DNA from: a virus
IMG/VR virus record: IMGVR_UViG_3300043411_000910
Coordinates: 1 to 64,000 of that record
DNA: 64,000 nt
Strand: one strand, 5' to 3'
In this document: positions 1 through 9,249 of the stretch, one piece after another
How positions within the stretch are numbered: position 1 is the stretch's first letter
Layout: each line of letters begins with the position of its first letter
Made by a program: the position numbers and the translations under genes
Notes under the pieces: model-generated
The model's database searches: none
What the model saw: only the letters and a program-made list of their open reading frames with translations
Told to the model about the DNA's origin: nothing

Positions 1-2
1 AT

Positions 3-212
3 AAGATAAATCCAGATGTTCAAGGTCCATTAAAGATATTAGGAAGACAATTATTAATGGAAAGATTTATGGAATTACAACCAGAAGTTGATTTATTATT
101 GGATTTGGATAAATATTCAAAATCAAGGTTAATAAATAAGGCGTCAGATAAGTATAAACCATTAGCAAAATATTTTCTGAAGGTAATACGTGTAACTGAA
201 GATGCTTATTAA
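3..212 (+). CDS. 3' end of a hypothetical protein (runs in from the left edge)
   Basis: Open frame from position 3 (KINPDVQGPLKILGRQ...) to TAA at 210-212; translated by hand. Confidence 0.6.
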   Translation, partial: KINPDVQGPLKILGRQLLMERFMELQPEVDLLLDLDKYSKSRLINKASDKYKPLAKYFLKVIRVTEDAY

Positions 213-269
213 AAGTTTTTAAGATAGAATCTATAATATTTTCCTAGATCAATAAGTAAATATAATTTT

Positions 270-2774
270 ATGTTTAATAATTTTATGTTTAAATTTGATT
301 TGATAAGAAAAGAATTATGTGTATTTGGCGCAAATTTATCTAATAATGAAATTAAAAAAATAGAAGATGAGTATTATGAAAAAGAGCAAGTTAAGCCTAA
401 TGATTTTGAAGAAGAAAAAAAGCTAATAGCAAATGAAATTAATAAAATATTTTCTTTGGTCATAAAAGCCTCAACTAGTGTAAATGGTATTTTTAACAAA
501 TTAGACAAATTTCTTTATGATGTCTTAAAATTTTGCAAAGATAATAAAATTAAGTGTTCTGATGAAATATATCGTGTTAAGTACAGAAATTCTGAAAATT
601 ATAAAGAGACATTAGAAATATTAGAATATATAAAAAGTAATATCCCAAGAACCAATAAGTTTGGGATTCAGTCTGGGTTATCAATTGATGTATTAAAAGA
701 AAGATATGAACAAATTAAAGATGTGTGTTTGCATATTGATAAAGCAAATGCTAAGTATGACAAAAACATTAGCATATTTAATAAACTTAAGGAAAGAATA
801 ATTAATAAGCCTAATAATGAAGATTACACTCTTTATGATCATATAAGAGATTCGATGATGTCTGGGGATTTTGAAACTTACGAATTGTATACAGAGTTTC
901 ATAAAATAAGCTATTTCACAAATGAGATGGCAATAAATAATGAAAATGGTATTGAAAGAAATCAAAACAAAAAACGCCTTGATTTAGAAAATACTTTACT
1001 ACCTGTAAATGAATTAATAAATAGGATAAACAAATGGAAAGAGCTTTTTAAGTTTATTACACCAACAGTATTTATAGAGCTTGAAGATTTTAAAAAAGAA
1101 ACTGAGCATTATGCTATAAAAATAAAAAACATAAAATCTTTTCAGGATCTTGAAAATTTAAAAGATCATTCAATTTTTCTTAGAAATATTATTGAGAACA
1201 CAAACACATTCTCTTATATACACCAACTGTTTAGTCCAATGATTGAGAGTTCAAAATCATTATCTAATGAGGAGAAAGAAATTTTCAGAAACATTATTAG
1301 TGATTCTAACAAGATTGTATCAGAGAATGATCTAAAGAAAATTGTAATCGAAGAGTTATTTTTAAATAATAATTCAAAGTCATTTCAGCCGAAAGAATTG
1401 CAAACCTTGAAATATATGTTTAAAACAACAACGGCAAAAGATCTTTTTATGTTATGTAGGAGAACTTATACATACAAAAATGATTTGAAAAATTTTGTTA
1501 AATTTATTACAGAAATAAACTTTTCAAAGAATGAATTACAGGAAATATTTTCAAAAAATATACCTAACCTAATGAAGATATATGAATATGTAGATAATGA
1601 AGATTTTACTGGAAAACCATATAATACTGGCAGCAAAGGTTATGTTTATTTACAATCAGATTTAAAAGAAATATTTTATAATTTAGCAATATCAAATAAA
1701 AGTTTCGATCTATTACCAGATATTTTTAGGGATATTCATAACTTTGATGAAAACTCATCAAAAATACAGAAATCCGTAAACATCTATAATACATTAAATA
1801 GAAAAAATCAAAAAGCTTCAGCGGCTATAACTGAAACAAGAATACAAGATCTTATTTATAAAAATATACAAAACAATTCTAGATTATTAACTTTAATATC
1901 ATCTAATAAAAATTACAATTCATTTAATACGGCTCAAGGCAAAGATCTTTATAGAAACTATATAGAATTAAATAAATATAATTTTGATATTAATAAACTA
2001 AAGTCCAAATTTAAAATCACAACAGAGCAGATTAAAGAAATATTATCAACATATACAGATGAAGAATATCAAAAATATCTTACAATAATAAAAGATATCT
2101 TTGATAAAAATGTAAAAATAAATGTTGCTGATAGTAAAGTAAAACAACTTAACTCTAAGATAAAAACATTTATTGAAGTATTAAAAAATACAACTGTATA
2201 TGCAAAATATAATAAAGTTGCTGAGCCAAAGAATCAGGTATTTTCTAAATTATCAGAAGAAGTAGAAGGATTTACTTTTAGATCAATGCCAAATAAAGAT
2301 TTTGATATGTTAAACAAAATTGGAATTGAAACTAACTGTTGTCAATTTGTTGGTGGAGCAGGAAGTGATGCAGCAGTAGATTCATTTATAAATTCAATGG
2401 CAAGTGTTCTTGTTTTAGAAAAAGATGGCAATCTTATTTCTCAAAGTTATTTTCATTATGTACCAGTAGAATCAGATCCTAATGGTCCTGGTATTATTCT
2501 CGACAACGTAGAGACTAATGATGATAATGTTGAGAGGTATGTAAGATCATCTAAATATTCTTTAGATTTATTGTATAAACTTTATGGAGAAAAAGTTTGC
2601 AATAGGTTAAATCTAAAATATGTAAAATGTGGAAAGCAATATAATAAATTAACTAGCTCCTTTTTTACAAAAGGCATACAAGATCAAGATTATAGAACAT
2701 TTAAAACAAAAGATGTTTACACAGATTTTGATCCGGAAGATCACTTGGACGTTTATAATTTTAACAAAAAATAA
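270..2774 (+). CDS. Large hypothetical protein with a conserved-looking C-terminal domain (PcfJ-like motif)
   Basis: 834 aa ORF. The N-terminus is K/N/E-rich and helical; the C-terminus contains IGIETNCCQFVGGAG...LISQSYFH...IILDNVE. Confidence 0.7.
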   Translation: MFNNFMFKFDLIRKELCVFGANLSNNEIKKIEDEYYEKEQVKPNDFEEEKKLIANEINKIFSLVIKASTSVNGIFNKLDKFLYDVLKFCKDNKIKCSDEIYRVKYRNSENYKETLEILEYIKSNIPRTNKFGIQSGLSIDVLKERYEQIKDVCLHIDKANAKYDKNISIFNKLKERIINKPNNEDYTLYDHIRDSMMSGDFETYELYTEFHKISYFTNEMAINNENGIERNQNKKRLDLENTLLPVNELINRINKWKELFKFITPTVFIELEDFKKETEHYAIKIKNIKSFQDLENLKDHSIFLRNIIENTNTFSYIHQLFSPMIESSKSLSNEEKEIFRNIISDSNKIVSENDLKKIVIEELFLNNNSKSFQPKELQTLKYMFKTTTAKDLFMLCRRTYTYKNDLKNFVKFITEINFSKNELQEIFSKNIPNLMKIYEYVDNEDFTGKPYNTGSKGYVYLQSDLKEIFYNLAISNKSFDLLPDIFRDIHNFDENSSKIQKSVNIYNTLNRKNQKASAAITETRIQDLIYKNIQNNSRLLTLISSNKNYNSFNTAQGKDLYRNYIELNKYNFDINKLKSKFKITTEQIKEILSTYTDEEYQKYLTIIKDIFDKNVKINVADSKVKQLNSKIKTFIEVLKNTTVYAKYNKVAEPKNQVFSKLSEEVEGFTFRSMPNKDFDMLNKIGIETNCCQFVGGAGSDAAVDSFINSMASVLVLEKDGNLISQSYFHYVPVESDPNGPGIILDNVETNDDNVERYVRSSKYSLDLLYKLYGEKVCNRLNLKYVKCGKQYNKLTSSFFTKGIQDQDYRTFKTKDVYTDFDPEDHLDVYNFNKK

Positions 2775-2911
2775 ATGCACGAGTTACAAGTAATTAAAAT
2801 ATTTTTCAAAATATAGGAATATCAAGTTATTGTTTTTAAGTGTGCTGGAAAAGTGCATGTAAAACAAGTAAGTGTCAGGTAACTGGCGAAACAATAACTA
2901 AGGAATTCCAG

Positions 2912-3126
2912 ATGAATATGTTTAACTCAAAAGGGCAACTAAACGCCTCAGATTTCAAAGATACTCTAGCAAATCTAGTGAAGTACGCTTCATTACTAGA
3001 CAATGAGCCTTCAAATCTAGCTCTAGCCCCTTCAATGCAAGATGACAAGAAAGATGAACTAGTTGCTCGTGCAATAATGACCCAAGAAGGCAAAATTTCA
3101 CTAGCTCAAGCAATGGCAAATCCCAT
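2912..3126 (+). CDS. Major capsid protein, exon 1 (join 2912..3126,4318..5104; 333 aa)
   Basis: AGGA at 2901 precedes ATG 2912. The frame reads ...LAQAMANP-AT and joins exon 2 to give MANPIRRNLDYHGIARR. Confidence 0.88.
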
Positions 3127-4317
3127 TAACCTCTAATTCGAGTGGGATTAAAATTTGGCTATATGCTGGAAACTCTAAAAGCTTTATCACTTTAACACCC
3201 TATAGATTAATCAAAATAGATAATCTCACAAATAGTTAAAGTAACAGAATAAAGATGATATAGACAATCAGCAGGGAAGACTGGAATGAAAAATAATCTT
3301 GAAATACTTAAAATGTACGAATCTGGTCTCTCAATAAGAGAGATAGCATTAGATAACGAATGTAGTTACGAGAAAATAAGAAAAATACTTAAAGAACAAA
3401 AAGTTAAGTGGCATCGTAATTATATAGTTGATCTAAGTGCAGAACAAATCGAAAAAATAGTAAATCAATTCTCAAAAGAAAATAAATCTATAAAAGAAAT
3501 AGCAAAATGGTTTGAAATATCACCAGGCGCTATATCAAATCTTCTAAAATCAAAAGGATTTAAGATAGAGTCAAATAGAAAATACGATATCTTGAGAGAA
3601 GTACCAATAAATAAAATACAAAAAGAATTTATAGTAGGTACTGTACTAGGTGATGGTTGTTTATATAGAGATTCAGCAAAAAGTAACTTCAAATTATCTT
3701 TTGGGCACTGTGAAGAACAAAAAGAATATTTAGAATGGAAAATAACTCAAATGAGTCCTTTTATAAATGGTTATACAAAATCAATTGATAAAAGAGGTAA
3801 TTCAGTTATGTATCAGGCTAGAACAATAAATCATAAAGATTTGAATATGTTCGCAAATATGTTTTACGATGAAAAAAGAATAAAACATGTTCCTGATAAT
3901 CTAGATATGTACTTCACACCATTAAGTTTAGCTATACTAATAATGGACGATGGCAATTTAAATGCTGGAGTTAATATGAGAATAGCAACAATGGGATTCA
4001 CAAAAGAAGAAAATGAAAAGATACAAGATTATTTAAAAAGATGTTTCGATATAAACTCTAAAGTAATGGAGTTTAACTATAAAACAAAAAAATATTACCA
4101 AATAACTTTGAATAAGAAAAATACTCAAAAGTTATCAGATATAGTTAGACCACATATAATAGAATGTATGAAATATAAAATCATGCCAGAACCCTCAACG
4201 ACTACATGCCAAATATCACAAGAAAGTAAATGTGATAATGATATAGTCTGACCCGTATAGAAATATATGGAACTAAACAGAAATGATTTAGTCGATCTAA
4301 TCAATCGTAACAAACTG
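3127..4317 (+). mobile_element. Group I intron in the major capsid gene
   Basis: The 5' exon ends in U3126 and the intron ends in G4317. IGS TTCGA-GTGGG (3137-3146) pairs with exon 1 CCCAT (P1, G.U at the splice site) and exon 2 TCGAA (P10). P3 ATTTGGC 3153/GCCAAAT 4208; P4 TGCTG 3164/CAGCA 3269; P7 GACTA 4200/TAGTC 4244; P8 TATCACA/TGTGATA; P9 has a GAAA tetraloop at 4260. Confidence 0.93.
3286..4251 (+). CDS. Intron-encoded LAGLIDADG homing endonuclease with N-terminal HTH repeats
   Basis: Motifs FIVGTVLGDG and LAILIMDDG; two HTH-like segments (SIREIA, SIKEIA); lies inside the intron. Confidence 0.9.
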   Translation: MKNNLEILKMYESGLSIREIALDNECSYEKIRKILKEQKVKWHRNYIVDLSAEQIEKIVNQFSKENKSIKEIAKWFEISPGAISNLLKSKGFKIESNRKYDILREVPINKIQKEFIVGTVLGDGCLYRDSAKSNFKLSFGHCEEQKEYLEWKITQMSPFINGYTKSIDKRGNSVMYQARTINHKDLNMFANMFYDEKRIKHVPDNLDMYFTPLSLAILIMDDGNLNAGVNMRIATMGFTKEENEKIQDYLKRCFDINSKVMEFNYKTKKYYQITLNKKNTQKLSDIVRPHIIECMKYKIMPEPSTTTCQISQESKCDNDIV

Positions 4318-5104
4318 TCGAAGAAATTTGGATTACCACGGAATTGCTCGTAGGGCTCTATGTATAGACCCACTAGCTCCTGGTGCTCTAGCTACATACG
4401 AAAGAGACATTGATGTTTCAGCAATGATCGTGTCTTCAAACGGTTCAGGTTCAGAATCAAGAGTTTTCGGTGATCGTATCACTGTTCCAGAATTCGAACT
4501 ATACTCAAATCCAACTGTTAGAATTGCTGAAGTCAAAAGACGCAGATTCAACATAATCGAAAGAGCTGTTCAAAAAGCCAGGCAAGAGATAATGGCTCAA
4601 GAAGACGCCGCTGTTTTCTCAGCCTTCAATGCAGCTTCAGATGTTGAAAACACCCTACAAGACGTAACTGATAATGGTCTTCTAAAGAGAGATCTAGTTG
4701 AAATCAAGACCCAAATTGATCGCTGGGATCTAGTTACATCAAAGTTCTTCATGAATATCAATGAATTCTCAGATATTCTAAAGTGGGGAGCTGGTGGTGG
4801 TCAAGGCACAGGTGGTGGTGATTTTGATCCAGTAGCCATGAGAGAAGTAATGCAAACAGGTCTATTTGGATCTATCTTTGCTGCTGACATAATGGTCTCA
4901 AAGATTGTTCCACCAGGCACAGTCTTCGGTTGTGCAGATCCAGAATTCGTAGGTGTTATGCCAATTCGTCAAGACATTGAAGTTATGCCAGCTGACGAAC
5001 CAAAACAACTAAAACTAGGTTGGGTTATCTCAGAAATAATCGGTCTAGCTATCGTAAATCCAAGAGGCGTTGCCGCTGGTAAGAAATCAGTTTCAGCTGG
5101 TTAA
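4318..5104 (+). CDS. Major capsid protein, exon 2 (HK97/encapsulin-like fold)
   Basis: RRNLDYHGIARR, FNIIERAVQKARQEIMAQED and GWVISEIIGLAIVNPRGVA are typical of HK97-fold phage capsid proteins; codon use looks like that of a highly expressed gene. Confidence 0.9.
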
Positions 5105-5135
5105 TCTTTAAAATAAATAAAGTTATAAATTAATT

Positions 5136-5166
5136 ATGGCGTCATGATATTTTCATGACGCCATTT
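5136..5166 (+). terminator. Hairpin after the capsid gene (probable terminator)
   Basis: ATGGCGTCATGA-tattt-TCATGACGCCAT perfect 12-bp stem; the U tail is short. Confidence 0.6.
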
Positions 5167-5187
5167 CTAATTAAATGGAATATAGTT

Positions 5188-6390
5188 ATGAATGACTCGG
5201 CTCCAAACAAATTACAAAATGGATTTGGTAAATTTAGAGTTCTAAATATAGCCAAAGATAAAAAAACAATCAAAATATTTAATTATCAAATTTCATATTT
5301 AAAGGAAAGAAATCTATTAGAAATTCCAGGGATATCTGAAGCAGATATAAGAGCATCTTTACTAAAAGGCGAAATAAGAAATAAATTACTTGTAAATGAA
5401 ATACTGGTATTAGAGAACGATGTTGATTTATTACAATTTAATAATGATCAGAAACAATTTTTGATTGATATTGGAATAGGAGCTGGATTAGGTATTACAA
5501 TAGATCAAATAACTGGAAATATAAGCTCGTCTAGGGTAGATGGAAATTTTGATGTTAGTAGAATAGATGGCAATAGGGATTCTTCTTGTTTATGGGATTT
5601 AAATGGTGATGGTGATTTTACAGATTGGCAGCAAGTTTATGATTTTATTCAAGCTTCAAAACGACCAATAACTGTTAATTTAAGTCCAGGTCAAGAGTAT
5701 ACTATACCAAACACATCAAGCGAGTATTATTTAAAAAATTGTGTATTCAAAGCTCAATTAGGAGACTCTGGCAGTTGTGTTATTAATATAAATGATGGCA
5801 CTACATTATATGACTTGGCTGAAGGTCAAGGTGCATTTACTTTAGTTGGATATTCTTCTGACTTAAACAAGCCATCCTTAAATTTCACATCATTTAATGA
5901 TGGAATTGGTATATATTTGCAGCAATTTGGTAATTATCTTATGAATAAAGGCTCGTCACCAATGATAGTGGTTCCAGATAATTGCTTTTTTGTAATAGCA
6001 GCTAGATTTGGTGGTGGCGTAAATCAATTTGGTAGTATTGGTAATGTAATAAGACTTGGTTCTAACTGTACAATGCTAGCAACTGTGATTGGTTCACCAA
6101 TAAATTTGCCAGAAGATTGCGTATTCGGTGATTCAAGCACAATGATGATATTTCAGCAAGATGGTTCCATGATTTCTCCAAGATCGTTGAGTTTACCAAA
6201 TTTTAATGGAACTTATGTGAATGCTCCATTTGGAAATGATGCCGGCAGAGGTCAAACTACATTCAGACCACTTGGAGTCTTTAGCGCCCTAACTACTGGT
6301 ACAATGTTTTTTGATACAGATTTAGTAAAACCAATTTGGTATGATGAAGGGTCTAGTAAATGGTATGATGCAGCAGGATCAGGTGTATAA
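5188..6390 (+). CDS. Probable head fibre/decoration virion protein
   Basis: Directly after the capsid gene. C-terminal TTFRP...GTMFFDTDLVKPIWYD...WYDAAG fibre-type motif and a beta-helix-like middle. Start placed at 5188 because ATG 5155 lies in the hairpin. Confidence 0.6.
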   Translation: MNDSAPNKLQNGFGKFRVLNIAKDKKTIKIFNYQISYLKERNLLEIPGISEADIRASLLKGEIRNKLLVNEILVLENDVDLLQFNNDQKQFLIDIGIGAGLGITIDQITGNISSSRVDGNFDVSRIDGNRDSSCLWDLNGDGDFTDWQQVYDFIQASKRPITVNLSPGQEYTIPNTSSEYYLKNCVFKAQLGDSGSCVININDGTTLYDLAEGQGAFTLVGYSSDLNKPSLNFTSFNDGIGIYLQQFGNYLMNKGSSPMIVVPDNCFFVIAARFGGGVNQFGSIGNVIRLGSNCTMLATVIGSPINLPEDCVFGDSSTMMIFQQDGSMISPRSLSLPNFNGTYVNAPFGNDAGRGQTTFRPLGVFSALTTGTMFFDTDLVKPIWYDEGSSKWYDAAGSGV

Positions 6391-6569
6391 TGACCGAATA
6401 TAAAATAAAACACTATAACTCAAATGATGAGGAAGTGCATTTTTCAGACCCAGATGTTCAGTACTCAATAATTGGAAATTTAAAAATTAATAGGGGTGGG
6501 TCTAAATTTTTATGGATTGAAAATGAAAGTAACTATGTAAATCTAATGGAGATTTTGAAATTTAAATAA
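6390..6569 (+). CDS. Small hypothetical protein (59 aa)
   Basis: TAATG overlap with the previous stop; reads MTEYKIKHY...ILKFK*; below the ORF-track cutoff. Confidence 0.55.
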   Translation: MTEYKIKHYNSNDEEVHFSDPDVQYSIIGNLKINRGGSKFLWIENESNYVNLMEILKFK

Positions 6570-6899
6570 TTATTCGAAATAACCTTCTATATTTATATAA
6601 AAGTTTAGAGCCTGTGTAGCTACGCTGTTATTTGTTATGAATCTTAATATTACTTGAGCAAATTCGCCTGGTTGTACACCTATTGGTGATTGTAGTGATA
6701 AGTTAATTATTTCAGTTGATAGTTGACCAATAGGAGCTGATGCTGGCAATGTTTGCACGCCTAGTGGGAATCTTCTTGGGGCTTTAGTTGTAGATGATTC
6801 AGTTGTTGCTAGAGATACAGCAGTATGTCCGAAAGCTAATGCCATTGCCCATGTTGTTGGACCACCAGCACCACCGCTTGATCCAAGAAAGCTAGACAT
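6570..6899 (-). CDS. Small beta-rich protein, probably virion-associated
   Basis: ATG 6899 overlaps the TAA of the upstream gene; contains LAFGHTAVSLAT...KAPRRFPLG...PGEF. Confidence 0.6.
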   Translation of the reverse strand: MSSFLGSSGGAGGPTTWAMALAFGHTAVSLATTESSTTKAPRRFPLGVQTLPASAPIGQLSTEIINLSLQSPIGVQPGEFAQVILRFITNNSVATQALNFYINIEGYFE

Positions 6900-7213
6900 T
6901 AATACCCCCAAGCTTCGACGCGGACCGTTATTGGTCCTACGCTTCCAGATGCAACTCTAAACCAAACTTTTCCTATTGTTCTATTATCAAAAACCATACC
7001 CTTTGAGGCGCCACCTGAATCCATGTCTCCATGTAGAGTATTGCCATTAAACGAGTATTCTACAACTCCAGAGTCTTCTAATAAGAACATTACTCCTTGT
7101 GTTAAAAATGGGATTAGGATATCACAATCATGTGTGAATCCAGCTGATGTAACTTCAATTTTTTGGAAGAAGTTGAAATCTCTTCCATTTGTTATTGGTC
7201 CTCTATTTACCAT
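6899..7213 (-). CDS. Small beta-sandwich-like hypothetical protein
   Basis: 104 aa, beta-rich, preceded by GAGA, translationally coupled to the next gene. Confidence 0.7.
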   Translation of the reverse strand: MVNRGPITNGRDFNFFQKIEVTSAGFTHDCDILIPFLTQGVMFLLEDSGVVEYSFNGNTLHGDMDSGGASKGMVFDNRTIGKVWFRVASGSVGPITVRVEAWGY

Positions 7214-7258
7214 ATTTCTCTTATTAATTCGATTATATTATTTAATGAATATCTAATT

Positions 7259-8113
7259 ATGAGATGTTTAGTTCTTTCTGGTGGTGCAGCAAAAGGGGCT
7301 TTCCAAGTTGGAGCGCTTATACATCTAATAATAAATCTAAAATATTCTTATAAAAATTTCTCTGGAGTTTCTGTTGGAGCATTAAATTCATCATTTTTAG
7401 CTCAATATAATGATTTAGAGCAAGGAATATTTGATTTAAGAAATTTATGGTGTAATATAAGAAAAGAAAATATTTTAAAAAGACATTTTCCATTTGGAAG
7501 ATTACATGGGCTATGGAAAAAAAGTTTATACGATTCAAAACCATTACAAGACTTAATAGATACAAATATAGATATTTATAAAATACAACAATCAAATAAT
7601 AATATAGATATTGGTTCTGTTTGCCTGAACAATGGCAAATATTCAACAGTTAATCAAGATAATAAAAACTTCATAGATCACGTTAAAGCCTCTTGTTCTT
7701 TCCCTGGATTATTTGAGCCAATATCAATAAATGATGAATTATGGTTAGATGGTGGAGTTAAATCCATAACTCCATTGCAGGCTGCAATAAACTCAGGAGC
7801 TTCTGAAATAGATGTAATACTTACATCACCAGAATCTAACAATGTATGCTTTAACAAAGGTAACTCAATAGATATTTTAAAAAGATCAATTGATCTGATG
7901 ATAGATTCTATAATAGAATCAGACATAAGAAAAGCTCAATTATACAATAAGATACTAGAGCATGAGTCTATACAGGATAAGCGTAAAGTAAATATAAATA
8001 TAATAAGACCAAATAAAGTTTTACTTAATGATTCTTTTGATTTTTCGATAGAGAAAACAAAGAATTTAATAGATATCGGCTATAATTCAGCTAGAGAGTT
8101 ATGCCAAAATTGA
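7259..8113 (+). CDS. Patatin-like phospholipase
   Basis: LVLSGGAAKGA oxyanion motif, GVSVG nucleophile and DGG catalytic Asp; start MRCLVL at 7259. Confidence 0.93.
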   Translation: MRCLVLSGGAAKGAFQVGALIHLIINLKYSYKNFSGVSVGALNSSFLAQYNDLEQGIFDLRNLWCNIRKENILKRHFPFGRLHGLWKKSLYDSKPLQDLIDTNIDIYKIQQSNNNIDIGSVCLNNGKYSTVNQDNKNFIDHVKASCSFPGLFEPISINDELWLDGGVKSITPLQAAINSGASEIDVILTSPESNNVCFNKGNSIDILKRSIDLMIDSIIESDIRKAQLYNKILEHESIQDKRKVNINIIRPNKVLLNDSFDFSIEKTKNLIDIGYNSARELCQN

Positions 8114-8412
8114 TAAAAGAATATTGTGAAATATGTAAAGTTAAAGATACGGCTACATTACATCTTCATCATATAATAGAGAGAACGGATATTAATTCTA
8201 CAAATCATAATTCTAACTTAGCAATAATTTGTGCAAATTGTCATGCCAAAGTTCATAATAATGAAATTACTATAATTGGAATAGCTCCAGCAACAATAAA
8301 ACCAAATTCAAGAATTTTGATATATGAAATAAATGGAATAAAAAATATAGATATAGAGCCATTGAGGGTTTTTAAAAAAACATCATTCAAATTAGGTGGA
8401 AATGGAAGTTAA
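8101..8412 (+). CDS. Small HNH endonuclease-family protein
   Basis: CEIC...LHHII...NHNSNLAIICANCHAKVH. Confidence 0.85.
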   Translation: MPKLIKEYCEICKVKDTATLHLHHIIERTDINSTNHNSNLAIICANCHAKVHNNEITIIGIAPATIKPNSRILIYEINGIKNIDIEPLRVFKKTSFKLGGNGS

Positions 8413-8668
8413 AGTAAAATCAGAAGAAGAATCCAGAAAAAATTTGCTAGCTAATGCTAGGAGAATGGGTTGTTATCATGAAATTGTTGCTATACTTAAT
8501 AAGTATGACAAGTTAATGAAGACATGCTCAAATAAAGAAGAACGAGCGAGTATATCTGCTCTAGGCTGTCACGAAATAAATAATCTTCTGGGTGCAGTCG
8601 AAGAAATAAGTGTTTTAGGTTTAGCAGAAGATTTAGTTAAAAATGGAAAGTTTAAAGTACAAGGATAA
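8396..8668 (+). CDS. Hypothetical protein
   Basis: 90 aa ORF overlapping both neighbours, as in an operon; the start may be 8402. Confidence 0.7.
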   Translation: MEMEVKVKSEEESRKNLLANARRMGCYHEIVAILNKYDKLMKTCSNKEERASISALGCHEINNLLGAVEEISVLGLAEDLVKNGKFKVQG

Positions 8669-8669
8669 A

Positions 8670-8891
8670 ATGAAAGTAGAAGGAAGAGTTATATTTTTTG
8701 ATGCAAAACGTGGTTATGGTTTCATTTCATGGGTTTTAAATGGTGTTCAACAAAAAGATATGTTTTGCCATTACTCAGACATAAACGTAGATGGCTTTAA
8801 AGTTCTTAAGAAAGAACAACTAGTTGAGTTTGAAGTTGGTCAAAATGTAAGAGGAGAGCCAAAAGCAGTGAATGTAAATCTTATTTCTTGA
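8670..8891 (+). CDS. Cold-shock domain protein
   Basis: GRVIFFDAKRGYGFI (RNP1), DMFCHYSDI (RNP2) and KAVNV; AAGGA precedes ATG 8670. Confidence 0.93.
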   Translation: MKVEGRVIFFDAKRGYGFISWVLNGVQQKDMFCHYSDINVDGFKVLKKEQLVEFEVGQNVRGEPKAVNVNLIS

Positions 8892-9249
8892 AGTGTATAA
8901 ATATTTCAATTATTTGAACAACCAAACTTATAATACCAGCTGATATTAAGACTCCTGTTTTAAACATGGAGTCTTTTATTTCTTTTAGCTTAGAGTCAAG
9001 CTTTTCTATATCTGATTTCATTTCTTTCTTTAAGTCAGACACAGTTGCATCTAACTCAGATGCAATTTCTTTTATTTTGATAATATCTGTTCTATTATCT
9101 CTATTTTCTTTCTCGACTGCTTCTAAACCCTCAATAAGATCTTCATATTGAGATGAGGTCTCAGTTTGTAATTCTATTGCTTTTTTATTTACCTCCAATA
9201 ACAACTCTACGTCTTTTTTATCGAGGTTAAGCTGCCTCTCGTTTGCCAT
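8881..9249 (-). CDS. Coiled-coil protein with a C-terminal transmembrane helix (holin/haemolysin-like architecture)
   Basis: Heptad-rich body, C-terminal GVLISAGIISLVVQIIEIFI, and an AGGAG RBS. Confidence 0.6.
   Translation of the reverse strand: MANERQLNLDKKDVELLLEVNKKAIELQTETSSQYEDLIEGLEAVEKENRDNRTDIIKIKEIASELDATVSDLKKEMKSDIEKLDSKLKEIKDSMFKTGVLISAGIISLVVQIIEIFIHFKK

Noticed and set aside
2840-3136. 98-aa ORF as an independent gene
   Set aside because: It is capsid exon 1 plus an upstream extension; the SD supports ATG 2912 and the stop lies inside the intron.
4328-5104. 258-aa capsid protein starting at TTG 4328
   Set aside because: The TTG is an internal Leu of exon 2; splicing restores the full protein.
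7163-7258. N-terminal extension of patatin (also 27197-27244 and 53994-54014 for other genes)
   Set aside because: These extensions overlap a divergent gene or a hairpin, or lack an RBS; domain boundaries favour the later ATG.
7259-8412. CBASS-like defence system
   Set aside because: No cyclase or sensor domain is present in the window.
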